Shown here in pieces: positions 38,794-51,370 of a stretch of 64,000 bases of DNA (positions within the stretch are counted from its first letter, which is position 1; each line of letters opens with the position of its first letter). The stretch lies in the NCBI GenBank assembly GCA_002269645.1, contig NIVC01003686.1, positions 1 through 64,000 on the forward strand, given 5' to 3'. The notes below the pieces were generated by a model that did no database searches, had not been told where the DNA came from, and was given only the letters and a program-made list of their open reading frames with translations. Position numbers and translations under genes: made by a program. The stretch is from Macrostomum lignano (lineage: Eukaryota).

Positions 38794-41700
38794 TAGGGTG
38801 TCCAGTGAGCTATTTTTTCAATGTATGATTTTTGAAAAATATGAAAATGACCTAATTTCAAATGTCTGTAAATCGGTAAGTATGTAAGCTACAGCAATGA
38901 GTTTATACTTTTTAGAAAGTTAAGACTTATATCTACAACATAAAAAAAGAATCAAGCGATTTCATTTTATACAAAAAAAGTTACAGCATGGCAAAGTTGT
39001 GCCATTTTTACAGAAATTTAAAATTGAGGCAAAATCCAAAAAAGAAAGTGGGTTTTGTAGAATTGGTCCTACATAAAAACTGAACTGTTTTTCATGATTT
39101 TTTCAACACTGGAGCTTAGTAAACATGTATGAGTACCTTAGGAGCTATTTTTTGAAGAAAAAATTTTTCATGTACAAGCATGTCATGTACATGAAAATTG
39201 GTGAATGTCAGTTTTTCAAGATCGGGTGTAAGCATGCCCCTGAAACTTTATGTAGTTGTTATGGCAACCAAATGAAGCAGTTTCAGTGAAAGTTCGACCT
39301 CCTAACTATAAACGCAAGTGCTGGGCAAAAATTTCACCAAATACATGTAAAATCTCATAGGAAAATGTAAAACTTCAAATATTGGATGGCCTGTTTGAAG
39401 CACGAATGTTTCCTTTGCTTAAAATGTAGCCTAACGCACCCCAAATCAGGTCTAGAAAGGATTTCTATGTAGGCCAAAACGCAAAGGCACCATTGGCCAT
39501 AGACTGTAGAACGTTTCTTGGAAATACACTGCGGAGATAGGGAAAAACAAAACTGGGCATTTCGCAGCTTCTAATGGGGACTATTTGACTCTGCTTTGAC
39601 CCAAATTGAAATTGATGTATATGAGCTGTTGATCTAAACAACTTATATGATAGTAATGTTGCTTTTAGTTGAGGAATTGTAATTACCTATACTACATTAT
39701 CCACTCTCACTTGATCATTTCAGTTTAGACTCAATATTCAAGAAGTTCAGTAACTCTGTTGAGCTACTCGTCGTCTGACAGGACATGAAGGTCGCCCTTC
39801 AAATAGTCTTCGTACAAGTTATATTCAAAGGTTGTGCTGCCATGGTCGTCAAACACAACCTGGAACTTCTGCTCAAGGATGTCTGCATTGGTACCCGGAA
39901 CACGGCGGACAACGACACCCTGCTCCCAGACCTCGCCGTCGGTGTAGCCAAACAAAACCTCCACACGTCGGCCTTCCAGCTGTGGGAGGTTGCTCAGCGA
40001 GGGGGAATAGCAGCAGCCTGCTGCTCTGCAATGGCCTCGGCAGAGTCTGACTCCGAATCAGAAGTCGGCAGCGGCGCTCGCTTTTGCCTGCTCGAAGCTC
40101 TACCCTGGCCACGGCCACGCCCCTGACCACGTCCGCGACCCCGACCGCGTGCCCGACTGCCTGACGCGCTAGCACCACGCCCGCTGCCTGCTGCGCCACC
40201 TTGGTGCTGCTGGCCAGTCGTAGCTGCCACCTGACGGGCCTCCAGCTTCTTGGTGACAGCAGAGCGGACAAGCTCTGCCCGCTCATTACAGGGCCGGATG
40301 TTGGTGTTGCCTTGGGTGTCGACCGCGACGGCAACTGCTGCCTTTTCAGCCTCCAGATGGGCAATTACTTGTCGCAGGTTGGCAGTCAGGGCGGGCAGGC
40401 TGCGTCTTACACCGGCTCGCGACAGGTTGAGCAGGGCAGCCAGGTCCCTTGGCAGAGTAGGCTCTGCATGGAAGTAAGTTTGTAGGTGATAATGAATTCT
40501 CCAAATTACCTGATTCCTGAACGTTTGAAAGTCAACTTTCAGCAAAATTTTCGTGAAACTTTCTTTGCTAAAGACCAATTTAAAAATTTACTTCCTACTT
40601 AATACCAAAACTACGCTGTCTTACTCATGGCTTTCTGCAGACGCAGCTGCGCTGTCACAGCTTGCTCGTGACGTCCAGATGGGAGCTGCTGCAGCGCCTC
40701 CGTCATGTCGCTGACGGTAATCCAGACGCCGCCGAACTCGTGAACAGCGCGCATGTGGTCACGGAGGGAGCAGTCCTTGGCGACTCTCTTGCGGTGCACT
40801 GCCTCGATGCGCGCCTGCTGCAACTGCTGCCGTGCCTTGTCGATCGCCTGTTTCGTCGCCTTTGCCCGTGCCTCAACTTTCCGGAAATCTTCCGAGCCCG
40901 AGAAAGCATGGCCTCCTGCTCATCTCGAGTTTTTTGATGCAGCCACTGCTCCGTAGCGTTCTGCTGAAAGAGGACGTACGCCTCTCGAGCCAATGGGCGC
41001 ATGTGCGGCTTGCAAGTCACCGTGCTGTCCAGCACAGCAAAATTGCGCTCGGGAGCGACGTTGTCTTTCGGCGCATCCGCTGTCAGACGGCGCTGCTCGT
41101 CGGACAAATTGCGCAGGGCACCGCCGGGCAAGTGGTCGCAGACCTCACGATGAAGCAGCACGAGCATGTATGCAGCGGTGACCTGCAGCGCCTGGCTCAG
41201 TAGATCGTTGTCCAGCTGCGACGCATCGGCCGTCAACGCACTCCAAACGTCGCCAGCGTCATCGGGCGCTAGCACTGCCCCAGCAAGGTCAGGAAATGGG
41301 CCGCTCTGGTCGCCCGAAAAGCGGAAGCCGTCTGCCGTGGCCAGCTCCTCCAGCCAGTCGCAGAGTTGCTCGTAGCGCTGGTTCATGTCCAGAATTCGGA
41401 CTGTTGACTGCCGGTTCAGCATCCACAATGGCCGAATCACCAGCATGTCGATGACACCAAGCGCTCGACAGCCACTCAGCAGGACATTCGAGGCGAGATC
41501 TGCTTGCACGGCTTATTCTTATGAAATATTATGTAGTATTCAATTTAAATGCTAGCAGAAGCACTGGAGTGAGGGTTAGAAATGGAGCGATAAAATTGAG
41601 TATGAGTATATTGTTCTGACATAATTTACAATTACAATTTATATTATGACATAATAGCATCTGAAAGTGAAATAGTATATTTTGACATGATCAATGACAT

Positions 41701-42600
41701 AAACTCACAGTAAAGCCAGATACTCATAATATTAGTCATATTTATATATTAAGGACAAGCCAGAAAATATGGAAACAGAAACTTATGAAGTTATGAAACA
41801 TTTTTTATACCATATACATGTCATTACCCATTTACAACAATACAGAGAGAGAAGCAGTGCAATGAATTTTTTTTTAAAAATTCTTATAACTTTTTTATTA
41901 TTCAACATATCTTTAAAAGTAATATGTCATTTTACTCATAACATCCAGTTGTATTTGTTAAAAAAAGTAAAAACCCTGACATTCTAACTTAAAACTGTTT
42001 ACTAGACACTATCACCCAGTTTGACTTCCTGAACCCTTATTCACAATTTTTCCTTAAAAAATTCTCCTCACCTACAGCTATACTTAAACTGCACAATTTT
42101 TATGTTTCCTAAAAGAACTAAAAGAAATCTAAAGTTTGACACCAAGAAAGTCTGTCTAAGTATAGTACAAGTATTTTAAGGGGACTTTAAAGTAAAAAAA
42201 GTATGACTCCGGCAGCATAAAAAAAACATTTTTTTATTAACAGAACATCCTGCAGCAAAAAACTGCTAAGCAGGAGAACTTTTTTAGTTACAAATTATAT
42301 TGCACAGTTAAATTACCTAAAAATTGACACCAAAGTCAAAGAAGTAGCTTAACTAACAAAAAAGTTATTTACACTTAATTAAAGAAAAAAGTAAAAATGA
42401 CGTGGAATTGGCTTCACTTTCTAATGTATTAAGAATAGGGAAAAACGCATTCTTTTTAAAACAAAAATACTCATAACTTTTTTATTACTTGACCAAATTA
42501 AAAAAGTGAAGTGTCATTTTACTCATAACATCCAGGTCTATAAGTTACATAAGTCAAAACCAAAAAAATTTCAGAAAAAAAATTCTCACTGGACACCCTA
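38794..42600 (-). mobile_element. Internally deleted TIR DNA transposon, divergent hAT (hATw-like), 7-bp TSD
   Basis: Perfect 16-bp TIR TAGGGTGTCCAGTGAG (38794) / CTCACTGGACACCCTA (ends 42600); TSD CCTAATG at 38787-38793 and 42601-42607; transposase C-terminal half on the minus strand. Confidence 0.85.
39764..41509 (-). pseudogene. C-terminal half of a hAT-like transposase (one intron, 40624-40464; two 1-bp frameshifts) ending in an RG-rich linker and a Spindlin/Ssty-type Tudor-like domain
   Basis: GCRALGVIDMLVIRPLW..DHLPGG..PKDNVAPERNFAVLD (hAT-like ERxF catalytic-E motif)..NATEQWL; C-terminus LEGRRVEVLFGYTDGEVWEQGVVVRRVPG...FQVVFDDHGSTTFEYNLYEDYLKGDLHVL. Confidence 0.7.
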
Positions 42601-43593
42601 CCTAATGTTTATATATTGTATCCATGAAAATATGAAGATATATTTTCCTGTCTAAGTATCTAGAACTACCAAGTTTGGCACAATATATTTGTCAAGGAAA
42701 CCTAATCTTCAATTAAATACTGAATATGATTTGATTCCAATAATTTAATTTGTCTAGCCTACTCTTTAGCCTTCACTGCTTTAGGTTCAGAAGGAAGTTA
42801 TATGTTATGTTACCACTACATAACTATGCTATTTCGATAGTAATACTTAACTATAGATTGACCAGTATTGTCTGCTGCAACCTATATGTAACTCTTATTC
42901 CAATAACCTTAACAAACAGGACACAAACAGCACTATAATATTGGTATAGTGATATAGGTGTAGTAGTATGAAAGCTTCGATCAAACTAAAATCACGAAGA
43001 AAATATTGGTGTTTGATTATTTTAAATTAGTTATAATGTGACGATAACCGGCAGACTCGAAATTAACTGACGAAGACAAATACAGCAGAGGCAAATTTTG
43101 TAGCGGTAGCACTTGATGATAGTAGCGAATGATGCGGGCGGTGGCCGCAATTCTTATTTATTGTAACCGTATGAGTAGATAGTTTGGGCGATCGTTATTA
43201 TCAATTCCGTCTGGGTAGTTTATAGAGATGGGCCAGAGTACGCTCGTATTTGCTAAATCCGTAAGGAATGCACTGGGCGGCTACGCAACAATAAGATGGA
43301 TGATTGATGATAGAGCGAGTCGATGAGCCTGAGGCAATGTCGACGATGTGATGGCAGTGATCGTGTGATTGCGGTACTCGTAGCAAGAACCCTTTATAGA
43401 CGGTAGTGGTGGCGTGGTCGAGATAATTGACGGTGGCGGTGGCGTGACTGAGACTTGGCAGAGGCGTGGTTTAGAACTGTGGCGGAGCGAGGCGGAGAGA
43501 GAAGACGGGTAAACAAGCAAACAAGGGTCGAGCGCCCCAGCCAGACAGGACTGATAAAGAGAGGGCTAGCTGGGGGTAGGTGCGCGAGGAGAG

Positions 43594-43771
43594 TGTTGTG
43601 GCCGCTGGCCAAATGAATGAAATCGATTCACTTAAGGCGAAGGAGAGGAGAGGAGAGGTAGCTCTCAGCTATTAGTTAGCTAGCCAATATATATTATCTA
43701 ACTGATACGAGCTAGATTTACATCGATGCGCGTAAGTTACAAAATAGCATTGAGCATGCACATTCACAACA
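43594..43771 (-). repeat. 3' LTR of the Gypsy element
   Basis: Direct repeat of 48016-48194, preceded by the PPT on the minus strand. Confidence 0.95.
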
Positions 43772-43910
43772 TCATCCCCCGTGCAAAGAGTGACAGATTA
43801 CGGGTGGGATAAGCAGACGCATTAAAGCAAGCAATGTCAATGGAACAGTTTTCGGTGCATGAGCAGTCAGTTTGTCAAGTCAGTCAATCGTGAGTCACAA
43901 CGTTGCCGAA

Positions 43911-46900
43911 TCATTGAGGCGGTGCACGAAGTCTCTCAGAGCGGCGCAGCGGTGGCGTTGGCGGTGACGCCTCTGGTTGCCCGCCGCCCGGCTGTTGCAG
44001 AGCCTCTGTGTCGTCGGCCCCGTCACCCCAGCCGTGGTGGTCATCAAGGATGCAGCGGCTGATGTGCCAGCGGCTGCCATAGGTCAGGGTGATCATTGTG
44101 TTGCCCTCGTGACTGACGACTGTCTGTGGCTCGAAGACGCCGTTGCTGAGCTTTCCGCGCCTCGGCCGGCGGACGCGGACACGGCTCCCGACAGTCAGCG
44201 CTGCGTCCTTCAGCGGCTGGTTCCGCTTACGCATCCCGCGGCGGCTCTTGGCCCGCTGCTGTCGCTCCATGACGCTGCGCCGCAGCTCCTGGTCCGTCGT
44301 TGACTCGGTGCTTGCTGGTTGAAGACGATCGAGAGGCAGGCGGAGCTTCCGTCCCAGCATCAGTTCAGCCGGCGACTTCTTGGTCAGCGCGTGCTCAGAT
44401 GATCGATACGCGAGCAGCAGCCCCTGAACCGCCTGCTTCACTGGCACACCGTCGGCGAGTAGTGCGCTAGTGATGAAGCCGTTGAACCTCTCGACTCCGC
44501 CATTCTGCTGTGGACAGTAGAACGGAGTGCGACGGTGCTTGATGCCGAGCGAGCTGAAGAAGTCCGTGAACTCGGTTGACACAAACTGAGGTCCGTTGTC
44601 CGTGGTAATTTCGTCTAGAAGCCCCCAGCGGACAAACAGGCTGCGAAGGGCTTCGATACACGCAGCGGAAGTCACGGATGAAGATGCGATGATCTCAGGC
44701 CACTTGGAGTAGAGATCGTGGACGACGATGAAAAATCGATGGGCACATTGGCTTCCGGCAGCTCTCCAACGATATCGACTTGCAGCTGTCGCCATGGACC
44801 CGCTGGTAGCTCCGTCGTTGACCATGGGACCTTGATCGGCTTGAACGCTTTCTCGGACAGGACGCAGGCACTGCAGTTCCGCACGAAGGCCTCCACGTCG
44901 CTGTCGATGCGCGGCCACCAGACCGTATCGCGGCACCGCGCCTTGACCTTGGCGACGCCGAGATGTCCTTGATGCGCCTCTGCTAGCACAAGGTCGCGGA
45001 GGTCAGTCGGGATGAGGGCTCGGCTGCCTCTCACCAGGCAGCAACCATCATTCCACAGGTAGAGCTCGTGTTGCACCTGGTGGAAGCCCTTCAGGTCGGC
45101 TGGAACCTCGGATGGCCATCCGTTGATGAGAAACCCGATGACTCGCTGCAGTTGGTTGTCGCTCTTGGTTGCATCGGCCAGTTGAGTGACTGAGATCGGC
45201 TCGGCGCTTCTGGCCAGCACCAGGTTGATGTCGGACTCGCTCTGGTGCTGCTCATTGGACTCGTTGGCTGTGCTCTTGCCGTCGTAGCCGTAGCGAGACA
45301 GAAAGTCGGGCTGGACGTTGAGCTTGCCGGGGACGTACTCGATGTCGAAGTCGTAGACGAAGAGTCGCTCGCACCAGCGCTGAAGTCGAAGAGGTCGTTG
45401 GCCGACTCCTCGAGGTGATAGCAGGGTCGTCAGCGCTTGATGGTCGGTTAGAAGCTTGAACTTGCGACCGTACAGCAGCAGGTGCCAAAGCTCGCAGCTC
45501 CAGACGCAGGCCAAGGCCGCCTTCTCTGACGCAGAGTAGTCGGACAGGGCTCGCGAGGCGAAGGCGACTGGCCACAGCTGTCCGTGCTCGTCGACTTGGC
45601 TCAGGGTCGCGCCCAGGGCGACGTCACTGCTGTCGCAGGAGACGACGGTTTCGTGATCTTGGTCGAAGAACTTCAGGCACGGTGCTGATGAGATGAACCG
45701 CTTCACCTCGCTGAAGGCTGCCTCGCATTTCGCGTCCCAGTTCCATGGCGCGTCCTTGCGCAGGAGAGCTGTCGGCTCGGCGACGTGAGACAGGTTCTTG
45801 ATGTAGAACTAGAAGAACTTTGCAAAGCCGAGGAATGAAGCCAACTCTGCCGTATTTGTGGGTGCCTTGAGTTTCGACACGGACTCGGTGTGCGACTGGA
45901 GAGGTTGAATTCCCGCTGCGCTTACGCGGTGTCCGACGAACTCGATCTCCGACGCCTTGAAGGTGCACTTCTTGAGGTTGACGGTTACTCGATGCTGCAG
46001 CAGCTTGTCCAGTACCTGAAGTACGCAATTTTCGTGCTCGGCCTCCGTAGCGGCGTGAACGGCGATGTCGTCTTGATAGTGAACGACGCCTCTGATGCCT
46101 TGGAGGATCTTGCCGACGACCTTCTGGAAGGCCGCCGGAGCCGAGCTGATGCCGAACGGCATCCGTCTGAATCGGTAGAGGCCGGATTCGGTGTGGAAGC
46201 AGGTCAGATTCATGGTGTCATCATGCAGAGGCAGCTGTAGATACGACTGTTTGAGGTCGATCCTTGAGAATAAGACCGAATTGTTGAATTCGGTCACCAG
46301 GTCAGCGAAGGTAGGCAGTGACATCGAGTCCGGGATGATCGCCTTGTTGACGCTTCGCAGATCAACGCAAAGGCGCAGCTTCCCATCGGCCTTGCGGTCA
46401 CAGATGAAGTTGGACTGCCAGTCAGGGATATCGCCGTCGACTCGCTCGATGATGCCTTCTTCCTTCCAGCGTTGAATCTCGCTGTCGCACTTCTGGCGCA
46501 GCGCTAGAGGCAGTCGGCGCAGACGCTAAGCTACGGGAGGCACAGTTGGGTCAACTCCGGGACGGTGGCAGAACCCTTTGATCTCACCGAGTCCGGTGCC
46601 TAAGGCGTGGTAATTAGCTGGGATCCATTCGGGCATCGACGTAGTCGGAGGCTCCTCGGATTCGACCGTAGCAATCTGATGTCCGGAAGGCCCGAGAACT
46701 CTGCAGTTCAGCTTGTCCATCAGGTCGATTCCCATCAGATCATCGCTGTCCATGACGACGGGGAAGCTGAACGATGGGAGCTGGACGCAGTCGAACTCGA
46801 CCGTGGCGTCGATCTCGCCGGCGACGCTGATGCTGGAGCCGTTGTACGACACGAGCTGTCTCCCAGACGGTCGCAGGGGGACCTTGGGGCCGAAAATCTT

Positions 46901-47880
46901 CCGGCAGGTCTGCATGTTGATGATGGAGACCTTGGCAGCTGTGTCCACTAACAGCGGAGTGCTGAACCCGTTGATCCTGACGCTGGCTCTCTTGTACTCG
47001 CCCTTCTTGTCCGTGCTGACGGCGAAGATGCTTTGCTGAGCGGAGCTGTCGAAGTCGACGCATTGAACCTTCTTCTGAGCCGAGTGCGGTGCCGTGGTGC
47101 TGCTCTTGCACACGCTGGCGAAATGGTTGAGCTTTCCGCACTTCTTACACGCTTTGCCACGGGCAGAGCAGCGCGGGTCGCTGCCTATGCGGTGGCCCGG
47201 CGTACCGCAGTGCGAGCAGCAGGGCTCTTGCAGTGGTCGCGCTGCCTGGCCTCTGGTGCCGATCGGAGCTCTCTTGGCGTTGATCTTCCTGACGCTGTCG
47301 TCAGCTGCATTCTTGCCGGTCAAGGACTTCTCACTCTGGACAGCTTTTTCCACTTGGGCGGCAATCTGGATTGCTCCTCCAGGGTGAGCTCTTGCTCTAG
47401 CAGGAGGCGTTCGCGCACCTTTGCTGATGAAGTGCCGAAGATCAGCTGGTCCAAGATGAGGTCGTCGTGAAGGCTCTGGAACTCGCTGTCTCTGGCGGCA
47501 TAGCGCAAGTTTGCCACGAATGCGTGCACGCCTTCGCCGCTCCGCTGGACGCACTTCCGGAAGTCATGGCGCTTGGCATACACGCTGACGGTGGGCTGAA
47601 AGTGCTCCTTGAGCAGTTTGCATGCCGCTTCGAGTGTCGCTGGAGCTTCATCTGGAGACTTGATGAGAGTCCGGTAGACTCGCACTCCTTCCCGCCGGAG
47701 GCAGTGCGATCTTCATGGCTTCTTGCAAGCCGTCGACTCCTGACGCTAGCAGGTAGGTGTCGAACTCAGCGGCCCAAGTTTCCCATGAAACCACAGGTGT
47801 TCCTGGGTTGTCGAGAAATGGAGGCGGTTCTCTGAGGTTTAGTCGTTGCGCTGGCGCTGTGGCGTTGTCAGAGCTGCTTA
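43911..47880 (-). pseudogene. Gypsy gag-pol polyprotein (disrupted)
   Basis: Consecutive ORF pieces (47648, 47320, 46526, 45809, 44672, 43911) are colinear gag-PR-RT-RH-IN fragments; in-frame stop at ~46526. Confidence 0.9.
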
Positions 47881-48015
47881 TTTCTAACTTTGCTGTGTTG
47901 AGTTTGCAGAATTGCAAGGCGATAGCGAGAGTTGGCTTGTGGGCCTTGGCTGCCGTGAGTTGAGTTGAATTTTGCGCGGGGTGGTTTTTCGCTAAGTCCT
48001 TGCTTGCGATGCCAG

Positions 48016-48194
48016 TGTTGTGGCCGCTGGTCAAATGAATGAAATCAATTTCACTTAAAGCGAAGGAGAGGAGAGGAGAGGTAGCTCTCAGCTAATAGTG
48101 AGCTAGCCAATATATATTATCTTACTGATACAAGCTAGATGTACATCGATGCGCGTACGTTACATAATAGCATTGAGCATACACATTCACAACA
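48016..48194 (-). repeat. 5' LTR of the Gypsy element
   Basis: Direct repeat of 43594-43771, followed by the PBS-like sequence on the minus strand. Confidence 0.95.
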
Positions 48195-49829
48195 GAGAGC
48201 TTAATTTCAGGCTAGCATAATTTATGCGTGGCTTTCCTATTGGCCGGCGCGAAAACCAACTTGAAAACAGAAAGTATCGATCGCATTGTACATAGGCTTT
48301 ACAAACGCACGCAATGTTGTTTAAAATTCTTTGGGCATTACTTTAAGCAGACGTTAGAGTACGAGACCATTGAATTAACAATATTATAGATTGGCACTGC
48401 TTTCGCTAAAACGGCCCTCGTCGGGGCTACCTCAACTGACAACGTCACAATAACTACCTTGATTTCTTTTCTATTTCGTATTTTCTATACTTATAATTCG
48501 AATCATTTTCTGAAATTCAGAAAGCCGACATGTCATGTCAGGCAGTACAAGGTGAGGAAATAGATTCTGAATTAGAGTGTAGTTTCTAGCAATAGGGATG
48601 CGTTCGAGTAGCTTAAAATGGCTTAACATAGGGCCTATAACTTTGTGGCAGTCGCGGGTTGCCACTGTTGAAAACAATAAATTTTTGCATGCAATTTCCA
48701 ACCTTTCCACCATATGGCCCTTTACGTCAACTCTCCCCGCTGTTGGCCCATTTTTAGATCCCCGCATTGGCGCTTATTTTTCTCTTTTCTGGCCCTTTTG
48801 TGCCCGGTTTGTTATTATTTTTGCATTGCGTATCCGGTGTTTTTGGTGTGGCCCATCCCCTGAATATTTTTGCCCACTTGCTTGTCCATCGCCTGCCCCA
48901 TTGCAAGAACATGATTTTCGCCGTTTAAATATTTCTCATTTTCTCGATCCCACTCTGAACCCGCCTTGGAACATCCGGAATACCCCCCCTGAATTTGGCA
49001 TAACTAGTTTTACTTGAACTCTTATCGTCTGCTTTTTGAGCATTTTTATTAACTTTTAGCCCCTCTCCTCACCCCCCCCCGAATCCATCTAGGTAACCGG
49101 ACTCAAACTGTGCTTGTTTCAATTAGCCAACTTACATTAATAAATTTATCCAACATTTAAGCACATTAACTTTTCTTTGACCAATAAAGCCCATAGTATT
49201 CTTTAATTTCTTTGCCTTTCTAGTTCTTTAAGTTTACTCAAGTCTTTTACTAAGTTCTTTGCCCGCGAGGCGTAAAACAACCCGAATTCTCAACTCTAAG
49301 CCAGCTCTGGGAAATAAACGTTCCATAATATGTAAATTACGATGGTGGTAGCTCACTACGCTACTCATAATAAGCTTTAATAACCTAAATCGACGTATAT
49401 TAAAACTCGGTGTCTGAGCTGAGGACCCAATATGAACGACCGTGCCTGTCAACGACATCTCGACTTCGACTTCAACTACCCTCCCCCGGAATTGAGGACC
49501 ACGGCAGACGGAGTAACCAGAAGAAATTTGCCGAGATTCGACTGCGCGATTTTCTGGCAATTAATTCGAGAGCGAACTGATAAACTCAGGCGGCAATTCA
49601 ATTTGCCCAACCACCGACTACAAAATATTTCTCCACCCCCACCCCACTTAAAATGAATTAATAATTTTAAGCGCTATTTTAATGTACTCAGTAAAACAAA
49701 ATAAATTACAAGATTTTATTTAAGAAATCGATAAGTGTCGTCAGCACGACCAATCGGCTCGAATATTGGTTCGTTATCGGCTCGAATAACGAACGCAGGG
49801 GCTTTTGGTCCGTAATTAGAATGAACTTG

Positions 49830-51370
49830 CGGTTGTTATGGTACTAATAGAAATTCTTCAGGCTCCCAGGGACTCCTTCTGGATTTGTGGGTAGCGTCGC
49901 TGAGCGTCCGTCAGGGAATTCGAAGCGTTGGCGATCGGCTTCAGCTCGCTCCCATTTGGGTAGCGGTGAAGCAGCACTGCGCCGATCTCAACATTTGATG
50001 CATCACAGGAGAGCCCGAGGGGAAGACTGGCATCGTAGTGAACCATTCACGTTCTCCGATAAGAGTTCTTTCTTGGTCCTATCGAAACCTCTGTTCCAGC
50101 CAGTGTCCTTCCTCGCTAGGCGGTACAGCGGCTCCGCAATAGTCGACATGCTTGTAGTAACAATCTCAGTAGGAACTTCGAGTAGAGCTGCACCGAGCCT
50201 AGGAATGATCGGAGGCTGGACACATTCTCTCTTTGGCGTGGGCATCTCCCGGACAGCGTCAACCTTGGAGGAGCCTTGGCAATGCCATCCTTCGACAGAA
50301 TGTATAGCCGAGGTACTCAACACAGGGCAGCGCTATCTCGCACTTGTTTTTTTCGATAACGGGGTCCATTGTCGCTGACCCGTTGAAAAAGTCGACGAAG
50401 GTTTGCAATGTGCCAAAAGTCGATGAAGGTTTGTTAGTCGTCCAGGAAGAAGGCGACTCCCGGAAAGTCACCAGCCATCATTTCAATGATCGACTGGAAC
50501 TCACCTACTGCAGACTTCCGTGCCGAAGGCAAGTTTTTTTAAGTAGCACAACGCGATGAGTGCTCAGGGCCAGTTGCCTTTGACTGACGGACTCAAGCTT
50601 GACCTGGTTGTAGGTATCTGCCAGGTCGATTTTCGAGAAGCAGTGACTGCCGCCCTGCTTCTTTAGAAGTTTCTCTGGTAGTGGCAGTGGATGACGATTA
50701 TCGTCCACGCTGCGAGTTGACTTGACCGGCTGGCCGAAACTCGCGGCGCCCATCAGTTGACCGACCGAGATCCACAGCTGCTTTGTTGCAGTCTGACCCA
50801 ACAGGTTTAGGCCAGGCACCTGGATGCCGTGCTGAGCAGACGACCCAGAAGAGTTTTTTCGCCGACGAAGGTTACTAGGACCGGCATGTCGTGTTGGCTG
50901 GTGGACTCTTAGCGCCACTTGGTTTATTCTTTCAGCGTAGACTAACTAGCTTCCTCCAGAAAACCTTTGTGATGAAGTTGCCGTTCGTCGCAGTGTCGAT
51001 TTCTACGACGTGATCTTCATTTTGGATGCGGATCAGCAATTCAATTATCGGCATCTCGGGGTCGGTGCCTGAGACTGCATGTACGACGACGTGATTGCAG
51101 ATGTGCATCACTGGCTTCTTAGTAGTGGCCTGGGCTGGCGCGAGCTCTTTGGTCTTAGAGCGGCACACCGCTTCCAGGTGTCCCTCCTTCTGGCAGTGAC
51201 GCCATGTAGAGTTTTTGAAACGGCACTCGTTGTCTCGATGGCTTGTCGAGCCGCAACGGTAGCAACGGTCTCTTTGAATTTGGCGATGCAGACGCCGGCT
51301 TTACGGGTGTAGCATCGGGTTTCTGGCCTCCTGCCTGACCTTGCTAACAGGGCAAGGCTTGTTCCCGTGG
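49830..51370 (-). mobile_element. Heavily decayed second Gypsy (Mag-like) gag-pol fragment; no LTR or integrase seen
   Basis: Protease VEIDTAT; RT CFSKIDLADTYNQVKL and KCEIALPCVEYLGY; RNase H LGLSCDAS..IGAVLLHRYPNGSELKPIA.AS..LT.AQRRYPQIQKE. Confidence 0.85.

Larger units (their letters stand above)
43594..48194 (-). mobile_element. Full-length Ty3/Gypsy LTR retrotransposon, Mag-like (4.6 kb), inactivated by frameshifts and a stop
   Basis: LTRs 43594-43771 and 48016-48194 (TGTTGTG...CACAACA); 5-bp TSD GAGAG; PBS-like TGGCATCGCAAGCA; PPT GGGGGATGA. Gag with two Cys/His knuckles (CSHCGTPGH...CKKCGKLNHFASVC), protease LLVDTAAKVSII, RT FSRIDLKQSYLQ/YQDDI, RNase H VSCDSS, integrase GHLG..C..C/DNGPQF/NGGVERFN in Gypsy order. 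Confidence 0.95.

Noticed and set aside
48395-48445. Hammerhead ribozyme-like motif on the minus strand (CCGACGAG...GCGAAA); similar partial motifs at ~4307-4352 and ~15905
   Set aside because: The conserved CUGA core is broken and stem II does not pair.
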